In this document: positions 32,901 to 42,342 of the stretch, piece after piece
Position numbering within the stretch: position 1 is the stretch's first letter
Layout: the number at the start of each line of letters is the position of its first letter
NCBI GenBank assembly: GCA_965237525.1
Contig: CBDEFO010000008.1
Span: 1,312,001 to 1,376,000, forward strand
DNA: 64,000 nt
Source of the DNA: Candidatus Latescibacterota bacterium
GTDB taxonomy: Bacteria; Latescibacterota; CBDEFO01
Direction: 5' to 3'
Made by a program: the position numbers and the translations under genes
The notes under the pieces: model-generated
What the model was told of the DNA's origin: nothing
Databases searched by the model: none
Seen by the model: only the letters and a program-made list of their open reading frames with translations

Positions 32901-33671
32901 ATCGTCAAAGGTGAAGAAAAGCCCAAGATCGAGTCCGGATCGGCCACCGCCTTCACCCTGAACAGCAGATTAAATACGGGGCTTATACCCTTAGTATCGG
33001 GAGCTATAGCCCTGCCTGGGCTCCCTCTTACCGCTACGACCCGCACTACATCGGGCTGACCCGGTAGAGTATCCCCTGCAGCCTGTACCAGCCCTGTACT
33101 CCTGGTCGTCTGTTCGACCCCCACGAATTCCAGCAGACTATTGTCGAAACCCACATCGAACTGAACCCCGCCTAAGGGATCGACATTTATCAAGATCACA
33201 GGAGCAGAACCCGGCTGTCCCACAGCCGCCTGACCCTGACCGATGCCAAGGCCCAGGGTCACCACAGAGAAAGTGCCTGGCTCTGTAGCTGAAGGAATCG
33301 ACTCACCTCTCAGATCGGACAACTCGTTAGTTTCTATGGACAAACTTTTGTTTCCTGCTGACGCACCCTCTTTTGCTTTGAACCTTATAGACATTATAGG
33401 TCCTCTACCTGCCGGCAGAACTTTCCTTGCTCCTGCTAAAGTACTTGTAGTAAGATCAACAAACACAACCCTTATAGTATTAGCCGCAATCAACTCCGCC
33501 TTCATGGCAGGCGATTGAGTCTCCATCCTCAGATCGATCGTTGAGAAAGGTACAGGATCTCCCACCGATATAGAAAGACCTCTATCGGTTACAGGCTCAA
33601 GTTGGGTACTATCAAATACCACATCAAACTGAAACGCCGCAATAGTTGCATTGATAGTTGTTGTATCGTTA
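26939..33671 (-). pseudogene. Central part of a giant modular surface protein: 2 cohesin-like, PKD, 7 IPT/TIG and about 11 FN3-like domains; cut at both ends by IS1182
   Basis: Open frame of about 2,240 codons from the IS2 junction (NDTTTINATIAAFQFDVVFD) to the IS1 junction; GGVQFDVGFD cohesin-like, WNFGDG..HTY..PG.Y PKD, P.V..V.P...I.G.NF...DV.V.NPDG IPT and D.TPP...W.T.E...H.V.LTGL FN3-like repeats. Confidence 0.88.
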
Positions 33672-35192
33672 GAAGCCTTGTGAAATAGTTATGTCCCAGG
33701 CAGCGTCTGAAGCGCCGATTATGGGTCAAAGAGTAGCATATCGTATCGTTTTGCTGTGGAATAAGCAAAATAGTCTTATCAGAGTTCTGGTCAGCAAGGA
33801 ACAGGAGCTGTTTGAAGAACAGGATGCACTGTCTTTGACAGACAGGGCACACATAGACGCTTTCCCCCTTCTTATGAAAGATACAAGCCTCTTGAGATTC
33901 TGTACTGTTGCAACAAGATTCAACTGTTCATTCAGTGAGGCTGGTCCTCTATAACGGGCTCGTCCCATACCGTGTTGTTGCCTGGCTTCAGCAAAGATAT
34001 GTTCACTGCGTTTACGGAGTCTCCGGGAGAGTTTGTAGTCAGCTGTTAATGAGATAGACCGTGCATGATTTCTGGCTTTCGCCTCTCGCACTTTTCTATC
34101 CCGTTCGGCCTGAATATGTGCTGGATTTGTCTTGTTTTTCCATGTAGGAATCGGTTCAATCTTCTCATCGGCTCGCAGAGGAATATGGGGTATGATTCCC
34201 CGGTCAAGTACATCAGCGATAAAATTACCAGAACCGTAACCGGTATCGGCACTAAGTGTCTGAATGTCTTTGGGCATGGTGTATGTTTCAAGGTCATCTA
34301 CCATCTTAAGGGCACTTTCGGGCTCTGCTGTCCCTGTCGCCTGCGTGCCCTGAGTCTCAAGGATTACTCTGCTTTTTGTGTCGATCAGATCATGGCCCAT
34401 AAACGAGAGAAAAGCCCCTTTGCCCTTCGATTTGCTGTATAAGCGCGCGTCGGGGTCTGTAGTCGAACGGTGTGTTTGGTTCGTCCACTTTTCACCATGA
34501 AAGTCTTTATCCTGAGGATGCCCGGACCTACCCTTTGTCTTATCACCTTCAAAACCGATTCCCTTGAGATAATCATCAAGAGAAACAGGGGGTTCTATCG
34601 GCTCAATACTTTTCACTGAAGCATCAGCTTGTATCTGAGTGCCGTCGACACTAAGGTGTTTACCGCTCACAAGACCGACATCTATGCAACACTGGACTAC
34701 CTGACGCATTATCCGTTCAAACAACCCACTGGATGCCCACTTGTGATTGCGAAGCTTGTTGATCGTGCTCCTATCCGGAACCGCATCATCAAATGTCTGA
34801 TGACAAAACAACCGATATGCCGCATGCATCCCCACTTCCTGACAGAGCCGATTCTCACTCAAATTATACAGATAGCCAATAAGGATCATTCGAACAACTA
34901 ATTCAGGATCAATACCGGGTCTGCCATTGTCAGGGCAATAACAATCTGATACAACGTCTCGTACAAATGAAAAATCAACTGCCTCATCAATCTGACGAAG
35001 GATATGATCCTCGGGAACTAAATCCTCCATCTGAAAATAGTGAAATATCGGACTTGTCTGTTCCTGCTTTTGTGGGGTCATTGTTTCCTCCATGTATAAT
35101 ATTATCAATAACATAATATAATACATCGGAGCTGCTTTATCAATGCTTGTTCTATACTGCTTTCTGAATCTAAGGGTTTTTCACAAGGCTTC
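33672..35192 (-). mobile_element. IS1182-family insertion sequence, copy 2 (1,521 bp, inverted relative to copy 1)
   Basis: Same 14-bp IRs; flanks TTA and TAA. Confidence 0.95.
33726..35126 (-). CDS. IS1182-family transposase
   Basis: 466-aa ORF with 8 amino-acid differences from copy 1. Confidence 0.95.
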   Translation of the reverse strand: MYYIMLLIILYMEETMTPQKQEQTSPIFHYFQMEDLVPEDHILRQIDEAVDFSFVRDVVSDCYCPDNGRPGIDPELVVRMILIGYLYNLSENRLCQEVGMHAAYRLFCHQTFDDAVPDRSTINKLRNHKWASSGLFERIMRQVVQCCIDVGLVSGKHLSVDGTQIQADASVKSIEPIEPPVSLDDYLKGIGFEGDKTKGRSGHPQDKDFHGEKWTNQTHRSTTDPDARLYSKSKGKGAFLSFMGHDLIDTKSRVILETQGTQATGTAEPESALKMVDDLETYTMPKDIQTLSADTGYGSGNFIADVLDRGIIPHIPLRADEKIEPIPTWKNKTNPAHIQAERDRKVREAKARNHARSISLTADYKLSRRLRKRSEHIFAEARQQHGMGRARYRGPASLNEQLNLVATVQNLKRLVSFIRRGKASMCALSVKDSASCSSNSSCSLLTRTLIRLFCLFHSKTIRYATL

Positions 35193-37042
35193 TAATGCAA
35201 GGTTAGACACTGGCGACCGTCAGGAGAACATTGAATTTGGTGTCGATGCTGACCACAGCGGAGGACAGTACATGAACCTGGGTTCAGTCGACCTGGATCC
35301 GGCCAGGTGGGACGGATCTCAAGGTCAGACCTATCGCTATTATCTGAACAGAGAGGATCCGCTCTGGCATTGGGGATCGGCCACGTGGGCAGATAAGCCT
35401 CCTTATACCGACATCGGCTGGAGTTTTGATGGCACTGTAGGTGGGGAAGGCAACCAGACTGTAGAGTTAGCCGTCACCCCTTTTGACGACCTAAATTCTG
35501 ACGGTATTGATGTGAGCGTGGTACACACCCTTGTAGAGGGAGAGATCGTGGGAATCGGCTTTGCCGTTAAGGACAGTGACGATCCCAATGATCGTGGCTA
35601 CGACGGAGGCTGGTGGACGAACAGTCACGCCGCAGAGATCTACTTCAATGCAGACGCATTCACTGATTACATCCTGATGCCTTTTGAGCCGGAAATCTGG
35701 GTATCTACAGCCATTTCTCCTTCCATGGATACAATATCAGTTAGTCTCCCGGACACATTCATCTTTATCGGCCAAACGCGTTCCGTCCCTATTACTATAG
35801 AAGAGGACGTGACAGGACGTGGAATCATCTCAGCACAGATGAATATCAGTTACGATTCGAATGTAATAGCGGCAATAGATTTAATATCGCAAGGGACACT
35901 GAGCCAGGGTTGGTCGATAGAAGATACAGTAACAACTGGCATTGGAACATCTATAGACACTGTAAAGGTTGCGATGGCGGCTCCGGGGCCTGACACACTA
36001 TCAGGGTCTGGAGATCTTGTCCTAATCAATTTTGCAGTCTCAGATTCAGCGGCCATAGGTGATTTTACATCGGTGCTCTTTGAGAAATTCTTCTTCAATG
36101 AGCGCGATCCTGTGGCAACTACACGTAATGGATCTGTGCAAATTCTCGAAAGATTGTTCGGGGATGTCAGCGGCAGCAGAGAGGTAACGGCGTTTGATGC
36201 AGCTTTGCTGCTTAAATCTACAGTCGGTCTTTTTGCAATCTCTGACACTGTGACAGCGGACGTAAGTGGAGATGGAACTATAAGTGCCTTTGATGCCTCT
36301 TTCATACTCAGGTTCGTTGTCGGGATAATAACCCAATTTCCTGCTCAGACAGGAGGTATCTCATAAGGTCGTACTTGCCGAAAGGAATATCAGTATAGGT
36401 GATGTAGAGGATTTGTCTGATGGACGTTTTGCCGTTCCTATTCTCATAGACGAAATGGATGGTATCCTATCAGGTCAGCTTGAACTATCCTTCGATTCCA
36501 CCAAGCTTAAACCCCTAGATGCCACTACATCCGACTTGACTTCTGATTATCTTTTTGCCCATAATGCTCAAGATGGCAGAATAAGGCTATCCTTTGCCGG
36601 TGCAGAATCGGTTAACGGCAGTGGCAGGATTGCAGAGATCATATTTGAGCCTATAGGTTTGGAAATTGAGGCCATTAGTGAGATAGATCTGATCTCCGCT
36701 CAATTGAACGAAGGTCTTTTCGGTGTGATTATTTCCCCACCTGGAGGCATTTCCGACGTTCCTGCTAGCTATGCACTGCATCAAAACTTCCCCAATCCGT
36801 TCAATCCCGAGACGGTGATCTATTATGACCTTGCTATTCGAAGCTACGTTAGCATATCTGTATTCAATCAAATGGGACAGAAGGTTGCAACATTGCTGGA
36901 TAAGGAGATGTACGCAGGCAGTTACTTTGCAGTGTGGAATGGAGAAGATGACAACGGAGAAAGTCTTGCCAGCGGAGTGTACCTCTATCGTATGGAGACA
37001 GAGGGATTTGTTCAGACGAGGAAGCTGGTCTTGATGAGATAG
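35193..37042 (+). pseudogene. 5'-truncated, frameshifted surface protein: sugar-binding/DOMON-like + cohesin + dockerin-like + cohesin + FlgD-Ig
   Basis: Starts at the IS end (NARLDTGDRQENIEFGVDADHSGGQY). An extra A at about 36363 creates TAA; comparison with the paralog at 38170-38200 restores GGISKVVLAER and joins ORFs 35143-36366 and 36413-37042. Confidence 0.82.
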
Positions 37043-37142
37043 GTTTCTTTCCATTATTGTCAAGGAATGATTTGATAGTGAAGTGAGATTTTGTAAATAA
37101 AGAGTGTATATCTCTTACGTTTCTCTAAAAAGGATGCACAAG

Positions 37143-38858
37143 ATGAGAAAGACATCAGCAGGTCTTTTGGTTCTCACTGTTCTGGCAGCCCTATCTGCAT
37201 CTGTCGCCGTCGCCGAGCTTGTAGGAGATTTCAACGGTAACAATGAAGTAGGTCTATCTGATTTTGCCCATTTTCTGGATTCATTCGGGACAACGACTAG
37301 TTCAACTAATTGGGATCCTGCACTTGATTTTAACAGTGATGGGGAGATCGGTCTGTCTGACTTCGCAATCTTCTTGAACAACTTCGGGAAGAGGGACCTC
37401 ACAGGTTCTGGTGTGAGTGCTGCGAGTATTGCTCCACTCGGGCAGAATGCGGGGACTACCATAGTTTTGGATCTTGATGCCGCAACTGCAGGTAATCAGG
37501 CCAAGGATCTTCAGCACAATGTCGGACCGAATGAGGCTATTGACATAGCGGTTTATGTCACAGGTGCTCAGAACCTGAAGGCATATCAGGTAGACCTCAT
37601 GTTCGACACCACCAAGGTTGCCTGGAATCGTTTTCTTACAGGAGCTACCTTCTCCATCGCGGAACCGAACTTTATGAAGTCAGCTGGAGGTGAATTTGTT
37701 TTTGGGGCCCTTCTTAACGTAGGTCAACCAGACGTAGTCACAATACTGAGCGGAATTATCAGCGCGACAGAAGCAAACGCGCCTGAGGGGGATGGCCTTA
37801 TAGGTGTAATCAGTTTTACGACACTGGCAGGATTTACCACAAACGATCAGGCGATCTTCACAGTCGTGTTCTTTGAGTTTTCAGATACGAATAATGAATT
37901 GGACACATTTCCCTCACCTTCAGTTAAGGTACACCCTGGTATACAGGCTTTCCTGTGGTATAATGTGAAACCTGTAGGAGATGTCAGTGGCAGCGGAGAG
38001 GTAACGGCGTTTGATGCAGCTTTGCTGCTTAAATCCACAGTCGGTCTCTTCGTAATCTCCGATACTGTGGCAGCGGATGTCAGCGGAGATAGCACCATAA
38101 GTGCCTTTGATGCCTCTTTGATACTCAGGTTCGTTATTGGAAAAATAACCCAATTCCCTGCCGAGACAGGAGGTATAGCTAAGGTTGTACTTGGCGAAAG
38201 GATTATCAGTTTAGGTGACATAAAAGCTTTACAGGATGGACGTTTTGCCATTCCTATTCTCATAGATGAAATGGACGGTCTCCTATCAGGTCAACTTGAA
38301 CTATCTTTCGACCCGACAAAGGTTAAAGCCGTAGATGCTATGACATCCGACCTGACTTCTGACTATCTTTTCGCCCATAATGCTCAAGATGGCAGACTAA
38401 GGCTTTCATTTGCCGGTGTAGAATCGGTTAACGGCAGTGGCAGGATTGCAGAGATCATATTTGAGCCAATAGGTTCTGAAATTAAGGCCATTCGTGAGGT
38501 TGATCTGATCTCCGCTCAATTGAATGAAGGTCTTTTCACTGTGATTATTTCCCAACCTGGAGGCATTTCCGACGTTCCTGCCACCTATGCACTGCATCAA
38601 AACTTCCCCAATCCATTCAACCCAGAGACGGTAATCTATTATGACCTTGCTATTCGAAGCTACGTTAGCATATCTGTATTCAATCTGATGGGACAGAAGG
38701 TTGCGACATTGATAGATAAACAGATGGACACAGGCAGTCACTCTGCAGTGTGGAATGGAGAAGATGACAACCAAAATAGTCTTGCCAGTGGAGTCTATCT
38801 CTACCGGATGGAAGTTGATGGATTTGTACAGACGAGGAGGCTGGTCTTGATGCGGTAG
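37143..38858 (+). CDS. Exported protein: EF-hand/dockerin-like + cohesin-like + dockerin-like + cohesin + FlgD-Ig C-terminal domain
   Basis: Signal peptide MRKTSAGLLVLTVLAALSASVAVA; paired DFNGNNEVGLSDF / DFNSDGEIGLSDF loops; paired GDVSG...AFDA motifs; NFPNPFNPET. Confidence 0.85.
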   Translation: MRKTSAGLLVLTVLAALSASVAVAELVGDFNGNNEVGLSDFAHFLDSFGTTTSSTNWDPALDFNSDGEIGLSDFAIFLNNFGKRDLTGSGVSAASIAPLGQNAGTTIVLDLDAATAGNQAKDLQHNVGPNEAIDIAVYVTGAQNLKAYQVDLMFDTTKVAWNRFLTGATFSIAEPNFMKSAGGEFVFGALLNVGQPDVVTILSGIISATEANAPEGDGLIGVISFTTLAGFTTNDQAIFTVVFFEFSDTNNELDTFPSPSVKVHPGIQAFLWYNVKPVGDVSGSGEVTAFDAALLLKSTVGLFVISDTVAADVSGDSTISAFDASLILRFVIGKITQFPAETGGIAKVVLGERIISLGDIKALQDGRFAIPILIDEMDGLLSGQLELSFDPTKVKAVDAMTSDLTSDYLFAHNAQDGRLRLSFAGVESVNGSGRIAEIIFEPIGSEIKAIREVDLISAQLNEGLFTVIISQPGGISDVPATYALHQNFPNPFNPETVIYYDLAIRSYVSISVFNLMGQKVATLIDKQMDTGSHSAVWNGEDDNQNSLASGVYLYRMEVDGFVQTRRLVLMR

Positions 38859-38899
38859 GTTTCTAGACCCTTTTGTGCACCGTACAAGACTGAACGCAT

Positions 38900-38929
38900 A
38901 GCCCGTTAGGAATAACGGGCTTTCTTCTT
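38900..38929 (+). terminator. Intrinsic terminator
   Basis: AGCCCGTTA-GGAA-TAACGGGCT followed by TTCTTCTT. Confidence 0.7.
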
Positions 38930-38984
38930 GATCATTTACAGTGCTATCAACTTTAGGCGCAGTAGGTGTCTACAACGAATTTCG

Positions 38985-39058
38985 CACGCCCGGCAGGACT
39001 CGAACCTGCAACCCCAAGCTTAGAAGGCTTGTGCTCTATCCAGTTGAGCTACGGGCGC
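38985..39058 (-). tRNA. tRNA-Arg (TCT)
   Basis: GCGCCCG acceptor stem, TAGCTCAACTGGATAGAGC D-arm, CAAGC-CTTCTAA-GCTTG anticodon arm and GGTTCGAGTCC T-loop. Confidence 0.95.
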
Positions 39059-39096
39059 CTGTGTTAGGTAGGAAGCAAATGGTAGACAGAGGAAGA

Positions 39097-39173
39097 TGGT
39101 CGGGGTGAGAGGATTTGAACCTCCGACCTTCCGGCCCCAAACCGGATGCGCTACCGGACTGCGCCACACCCCG
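39097..39173 (-). tRNA. tRNA-Pro (TGG), CCA encoded
   Basis: CGGGGTG acceptor stem, TCCGG-TTTGGGG-CCGGA anticodon arm, GGTTCAAATCC and ACCA end. Confidence 0.95.
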
Positions 39174-39319
39174 CAGTTTCAATCCAGCTTTTAATGGATA
39201 GTCTATCTAAAAATAGTAAAGTCCCCCCAAAATGTCAAACGGAATTTGACTCGTGGGAGAATCAAGACGCAGAAGGTAGTAAATTGTCAACTTTTTGTCT
39301 TTTTTGTGCTGAATAGTTA

Positions 39320-39442
39320 TTGACTTTTTTGCAGGAGTTGCCTATATAAAAATTAGGAGTAGAATAAAGAGTGACTGCGCTTACCAATTAGGAAAAGAAA
39401 TTCCGAAAATATATTTGACTTTTTGTTCCCTATAATTATATT
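39320..39442 (+). promoter_or_regulatory. Two candidate sigma70 promoters upstream of nuoB
   Basis: TTGACT(39320)-17 bp-TATATA and TTGACT(39415)-16 bp-TATATT in an AT-rich intergenic region. Confidence 0.45.
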
Positions 39443-39507
39443 TTCAATCTCCTATGAGAAGGCTCTAAGGCAGAGATTGACATCACATAAATTCCAGGAG
39501 ACGTCCT

Positions 39508-39987
39508 ATGGGATTAGAGGTTAATTTAGCGGAAAAGGTGTTTCTCTCAAGGGTGGATAAAGTAGTAAATTGGGCAAGGAAGAATTCACTGTGGCCGATG
39601 CCCTTCGGGACCGCATGCTGCGCTATAGAGATGATGGCTACTTTGGCATCCAGGTACGATCTTGCGCGTTTTGGGGCTGAGGCTATAAGGTTTTCACCTC
39701 GTCAGTCCGATCTTATGATTGTATCGGGGCGGATATCCTTAAAGATGATGCCTATCCTGAAAAAGATCTACGATCAGATGCCCGAACCTAAGTGGGTAAT
39801 TTCGATGGGCGCATGCGCTTCTTCAGGCGGCGTGTTCGACACTTACACTCTGGTTCAGGGAGTGGATCAGTTTATGCCTGTAGATGTCTATATACCGGGG
39901 TGTCCCCCTCGTCCCGAGGATCTGATAGACGCTATTATGGCGATTCAGAATAAGGTGGATACCGACAGCGTAGTTGAGAAAGCTTGA
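39508..39987 (+). CDS. nuoB: NADH-quinone oxidoreductase subunit B
   Basis: [35 protein letters not shown] and PGCPPRPE. Confidence 0.95.
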   Translation: MGLEVNLAEKVFLSRVDKVVNWARKNSLWPMPFGTACCAIEMMATLASRYDLARFGAEAIRFSPRQSDLMIVSGRISLKMMPILKKIYDQMPEPKWVISMGACASSGGVFDTYTLVQGVDQFMPVDVYIPGCPPRPEDLIDAIMAIQNKVDTDSVVEKA

Positions 39988-40077
39988 TTTTGGACCTTTG
40001 AACAAGTAGATAGTAAACTGAATACGGGGATGCGAGGGAGTTGTGCCCTGACTAATATACACTTGAATTGGGGTGTT

Positions 40078-41688
40078 ATGGCTACTTTTGTGATAAATGG
40101 TATTGAAGCGACAGTCGAAGATGGGCTTAATCTGGTAGATGCCGCGTTAGAATTAGGCATCGAGATTCCTCACTTCTGTTATCATCCGGGGCTATCTGTA
40201 GCAGGGAATTGCAGAATGTGTTATGTGCAAGTGGAAATTAACGGAAGGAAGGGACTCCAGATTGCCTGCAATATGCGTGCGGCTGATGGTATGATTGTGG
40301 AGACTCAATCCGAGGAGGTACTGGAAGTCAGGAAAGACGTCCTGGAGTTTCTCCTGATCAACCATCCTTTGGACTGTCCTGTGTGCGACAAGGCGGGAGA
40401 ATGTGATCTTCAGGATTACAGCTTTGAACACGGCCACGGCGAGAGCAGATTTGTTGAGCCCAAGGTGGTAAAGCTCAAGAAAGAGCTCGGATCAAATATA
40501 CTTTTGTACCCTCAAAGGTGTGTGTTGTGCACGAGGTGTATAAGGTTCTGCGATGAGATTGCTGGTACAGGGGAGTTGGGGCTTGTGGACATAGGAGTAA
40601 AGTCCGAAATAGATGTCTTTCCGGGCGTACAGTTGGAAAACAGGCTGGCGGGAAATGTAGTTGACATCTGCCCTGTGGGAGCCCTGATAGACAAGAATTT
40701 CCTGTTTCAATCCAGAGTGTGGTATCTAAGGGAGCACGAGAGCATCTGCCCGGGATGCAGCACAGGATGCAACGTCACTTTGGACGTGCATCCCCAGGAG
40801 GGACGCATCTACCGGATAAAGCCGAGGCACAACCCCAAGGTCAACGATTATTGGATGTGCGACGACGGCAGACACGGATGCGGATACGTGGGGCATTCTA
40901 AACGGTTGAAATCTCCTATGATAAAAACAGACGGACAGTCAGATATCACGAGCTGGAGCAGCGCTATTTCTGCTTGCGTGAAGGGGATTTCGACGATTGT
41001 GGAGAAATACGACAGCAGTAGCTTTGTGTGCCTCGTCCAAGGACACGCCACAAATGAGGAGATCTACGGACTCGCTAAGGTCTTACGGTCGTTGAACGTG
41101 GCAAAGGGAGCCGTAATCGGAAGGACAAGCGATGAGGGAGATGTGTCTTTTGCCTCTGGATTTACCATCAGGGCACAAAAGAGTGCAAACTCAAGAGGAG
41201 CTGAGGACATGTTGAAAGGCTCCGGTATGGAGGTTGTGGAGCCGGAGATTATCTGGGAAAGTGTGAAAGTTAAACAGGTTAAGGGAATGTATGTCCTGGG
41301 CGGAGGGCCTGAGTTAAGCATAGACGAAGAGCAAGTCAAACTACTCAAGGAACTCGAATTTCTGATTGTTCAGGACATATTATCGTCGGATGTGACCTCA
41401 ACTGCAGATGTGGTCCTATCTGGGGCGTCTTTTGCAGAGAAAGACGGAACTTTCACAAATTTCAACGGACATGTTCAGAGGATAAGACAGGCTATTCTAC
41501 CTCCGGGGAATGCAAAGGTAGATATCCAGATTATACGTGATATGGCAGACAAGGCGGATGTCGTGTTAGAGTTCTATTCGCCCAGGGAGGCTATGGACGA
41601 AATATCCAGAAAAATTAAGGGATATGACGGGTTATCGTACGACAAGATAGGATCAAAAGGGGGTTCAATCTTAACTGAAAATAGCTAA
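40078..41688 (+). CDS. nuoG: NADH-quinone oxidoreductase subunit G-like Fe-S protein (short form)
   Basis: IPHFCYHPGL..GNCRMC, HPLDCPVCDKAGECDLQD, CVLCTRCIRFC...DICPVGAL and CPGCSTGCN...MCD. Confidence 0.85.
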   Translation: MATFVINGIEATVEDGLNLVDAALELGIEIPHFCYHPGLSVAGNCRMCYVQVEINGRKGLQIACNMRAADGMIVETQSEEVLEVRKDVLEFLLINHPLDCPVCDKAGECDLQDYSFEHGHGESRFVEPKVVKLKKELGSNILLYPQRCVLCTRCIRFCDEIAGTGELGLVDIGVKSEIDVFPGVQLENRLAGNVVDICPVGALIDKNFLFQSRVWYLREHESICPGCSTGCNVTLDVHPQEGRIYRIKPRHNPKVNDYWMCDDGRHGCGYVGHSKRLKSPMIKTDGQSDITSWSSAISACVKGISTIVEKYDSSSFVCLVQGHATNEEIYGLAKVLRSLNVAKGAVIGRTSDEGDVSFASGFTIRAQKSANSRGAEDMLKGSGMEVVEPEIIWESVKVKQVKGMYVLGGGPELSIDEEQVKLLKELEFLIVQDILSSDVTSTADVVLSGASFAEKDGTFTNFNGHVQRIRQAILPPGNAKVDIQIIRDMADKADVVLEFYSPREAMDEISRKIKGYDGLSYDKIGSKGGSILTENS

Positions 41689-41747
41689 ATACCCGTGTTT
41701 GAATTTGATGAATCCTTAGATTATTCCAAAACAGAGGGAGTCAATAG

Positions 41748-41981
41748 ATGACCTACATAATAGCTGAGCCCTGCATCGGTGTAAAAGATACCGCCTGCGT
41801 TGATGTATGCCCTGTCGACTGCATATATGAGGGTGAGGATATGCTTTATATACACCCTGTTTAGTGCATAGATTGCGGGGCTTGCGAGCCAGAATACCCA
41901 GTAGAGGCGATCTTTGAGGAATCGGACGTACCTGACGAATGGCAGTCCTATATACAAAAGAACGCCGACTTTTTCGCGTGA
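41748..41981 (+). pseudogene. 7Fe (FdxA-type) ferredoxin pseudogene
   Basis: [27 protein letters not shown]...[20 protein letters not shown]: in-frame TAG at 41862 and Tyr in place of the last cluster Cys. Confidence 0.9.
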
Positions 41982-42024
41982 TAAGGTTTGGTAAAATTGG
42001 ACAGCTTACAGGGAGGGTCTATCT

Positions 42025-42333
42025 ATGCCCCAATTCGTCAAGGTAGCAGCAGTGAATGACGTTCAACCCGGCACTGGGACTGTAGTGGAGGTAAATGGAA
42101 AGGAGATAGCTCTGTTTAACGCGAATGGGAATTTCTATGCAATAGGGAATACGTGCGTGCACAGGGGCGGTCCCCTGGGAGAGGGGACACTTGAGGGAAA
42201 CATAGTCACCTGTCCCTGGCACGGGTGGACTTACAATGTGGAGACAGGGATCTCGGAGACATCGCCAGATGCGTGTGTGTCCACGTACCAGGTGAATGTT
42301 GAAGGATCAGACGTAAAGGTATCTCTTGAGTAA
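42025..42333 (+). CDS. Rieske [2Fe-2S] ferredoxin
   Basis: CVH...CPWH Rieske motif. Confidence 0.92.
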   Translation: MPQFVKVAAVNDVQPGTGTVVEVNGKEIALFNANGNFYAIGNTCVHRGGPLGEGTLEGNIVTCPWHGWTYNVETGISETSPDACVSTYQVNVEGSDVKVSLE

Positions 42334-42342
42334 AAATCTACT

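Noticed and set aside
25418..35192. Composite transposon or invertible segment carrying the 6.7-kb adhesin fragment
   Set aside because: Copy 1 flanks rejoin in frame, so the inner DNA is native and un-inverted relative to its left neighbour. Future mobilisation remains possible.
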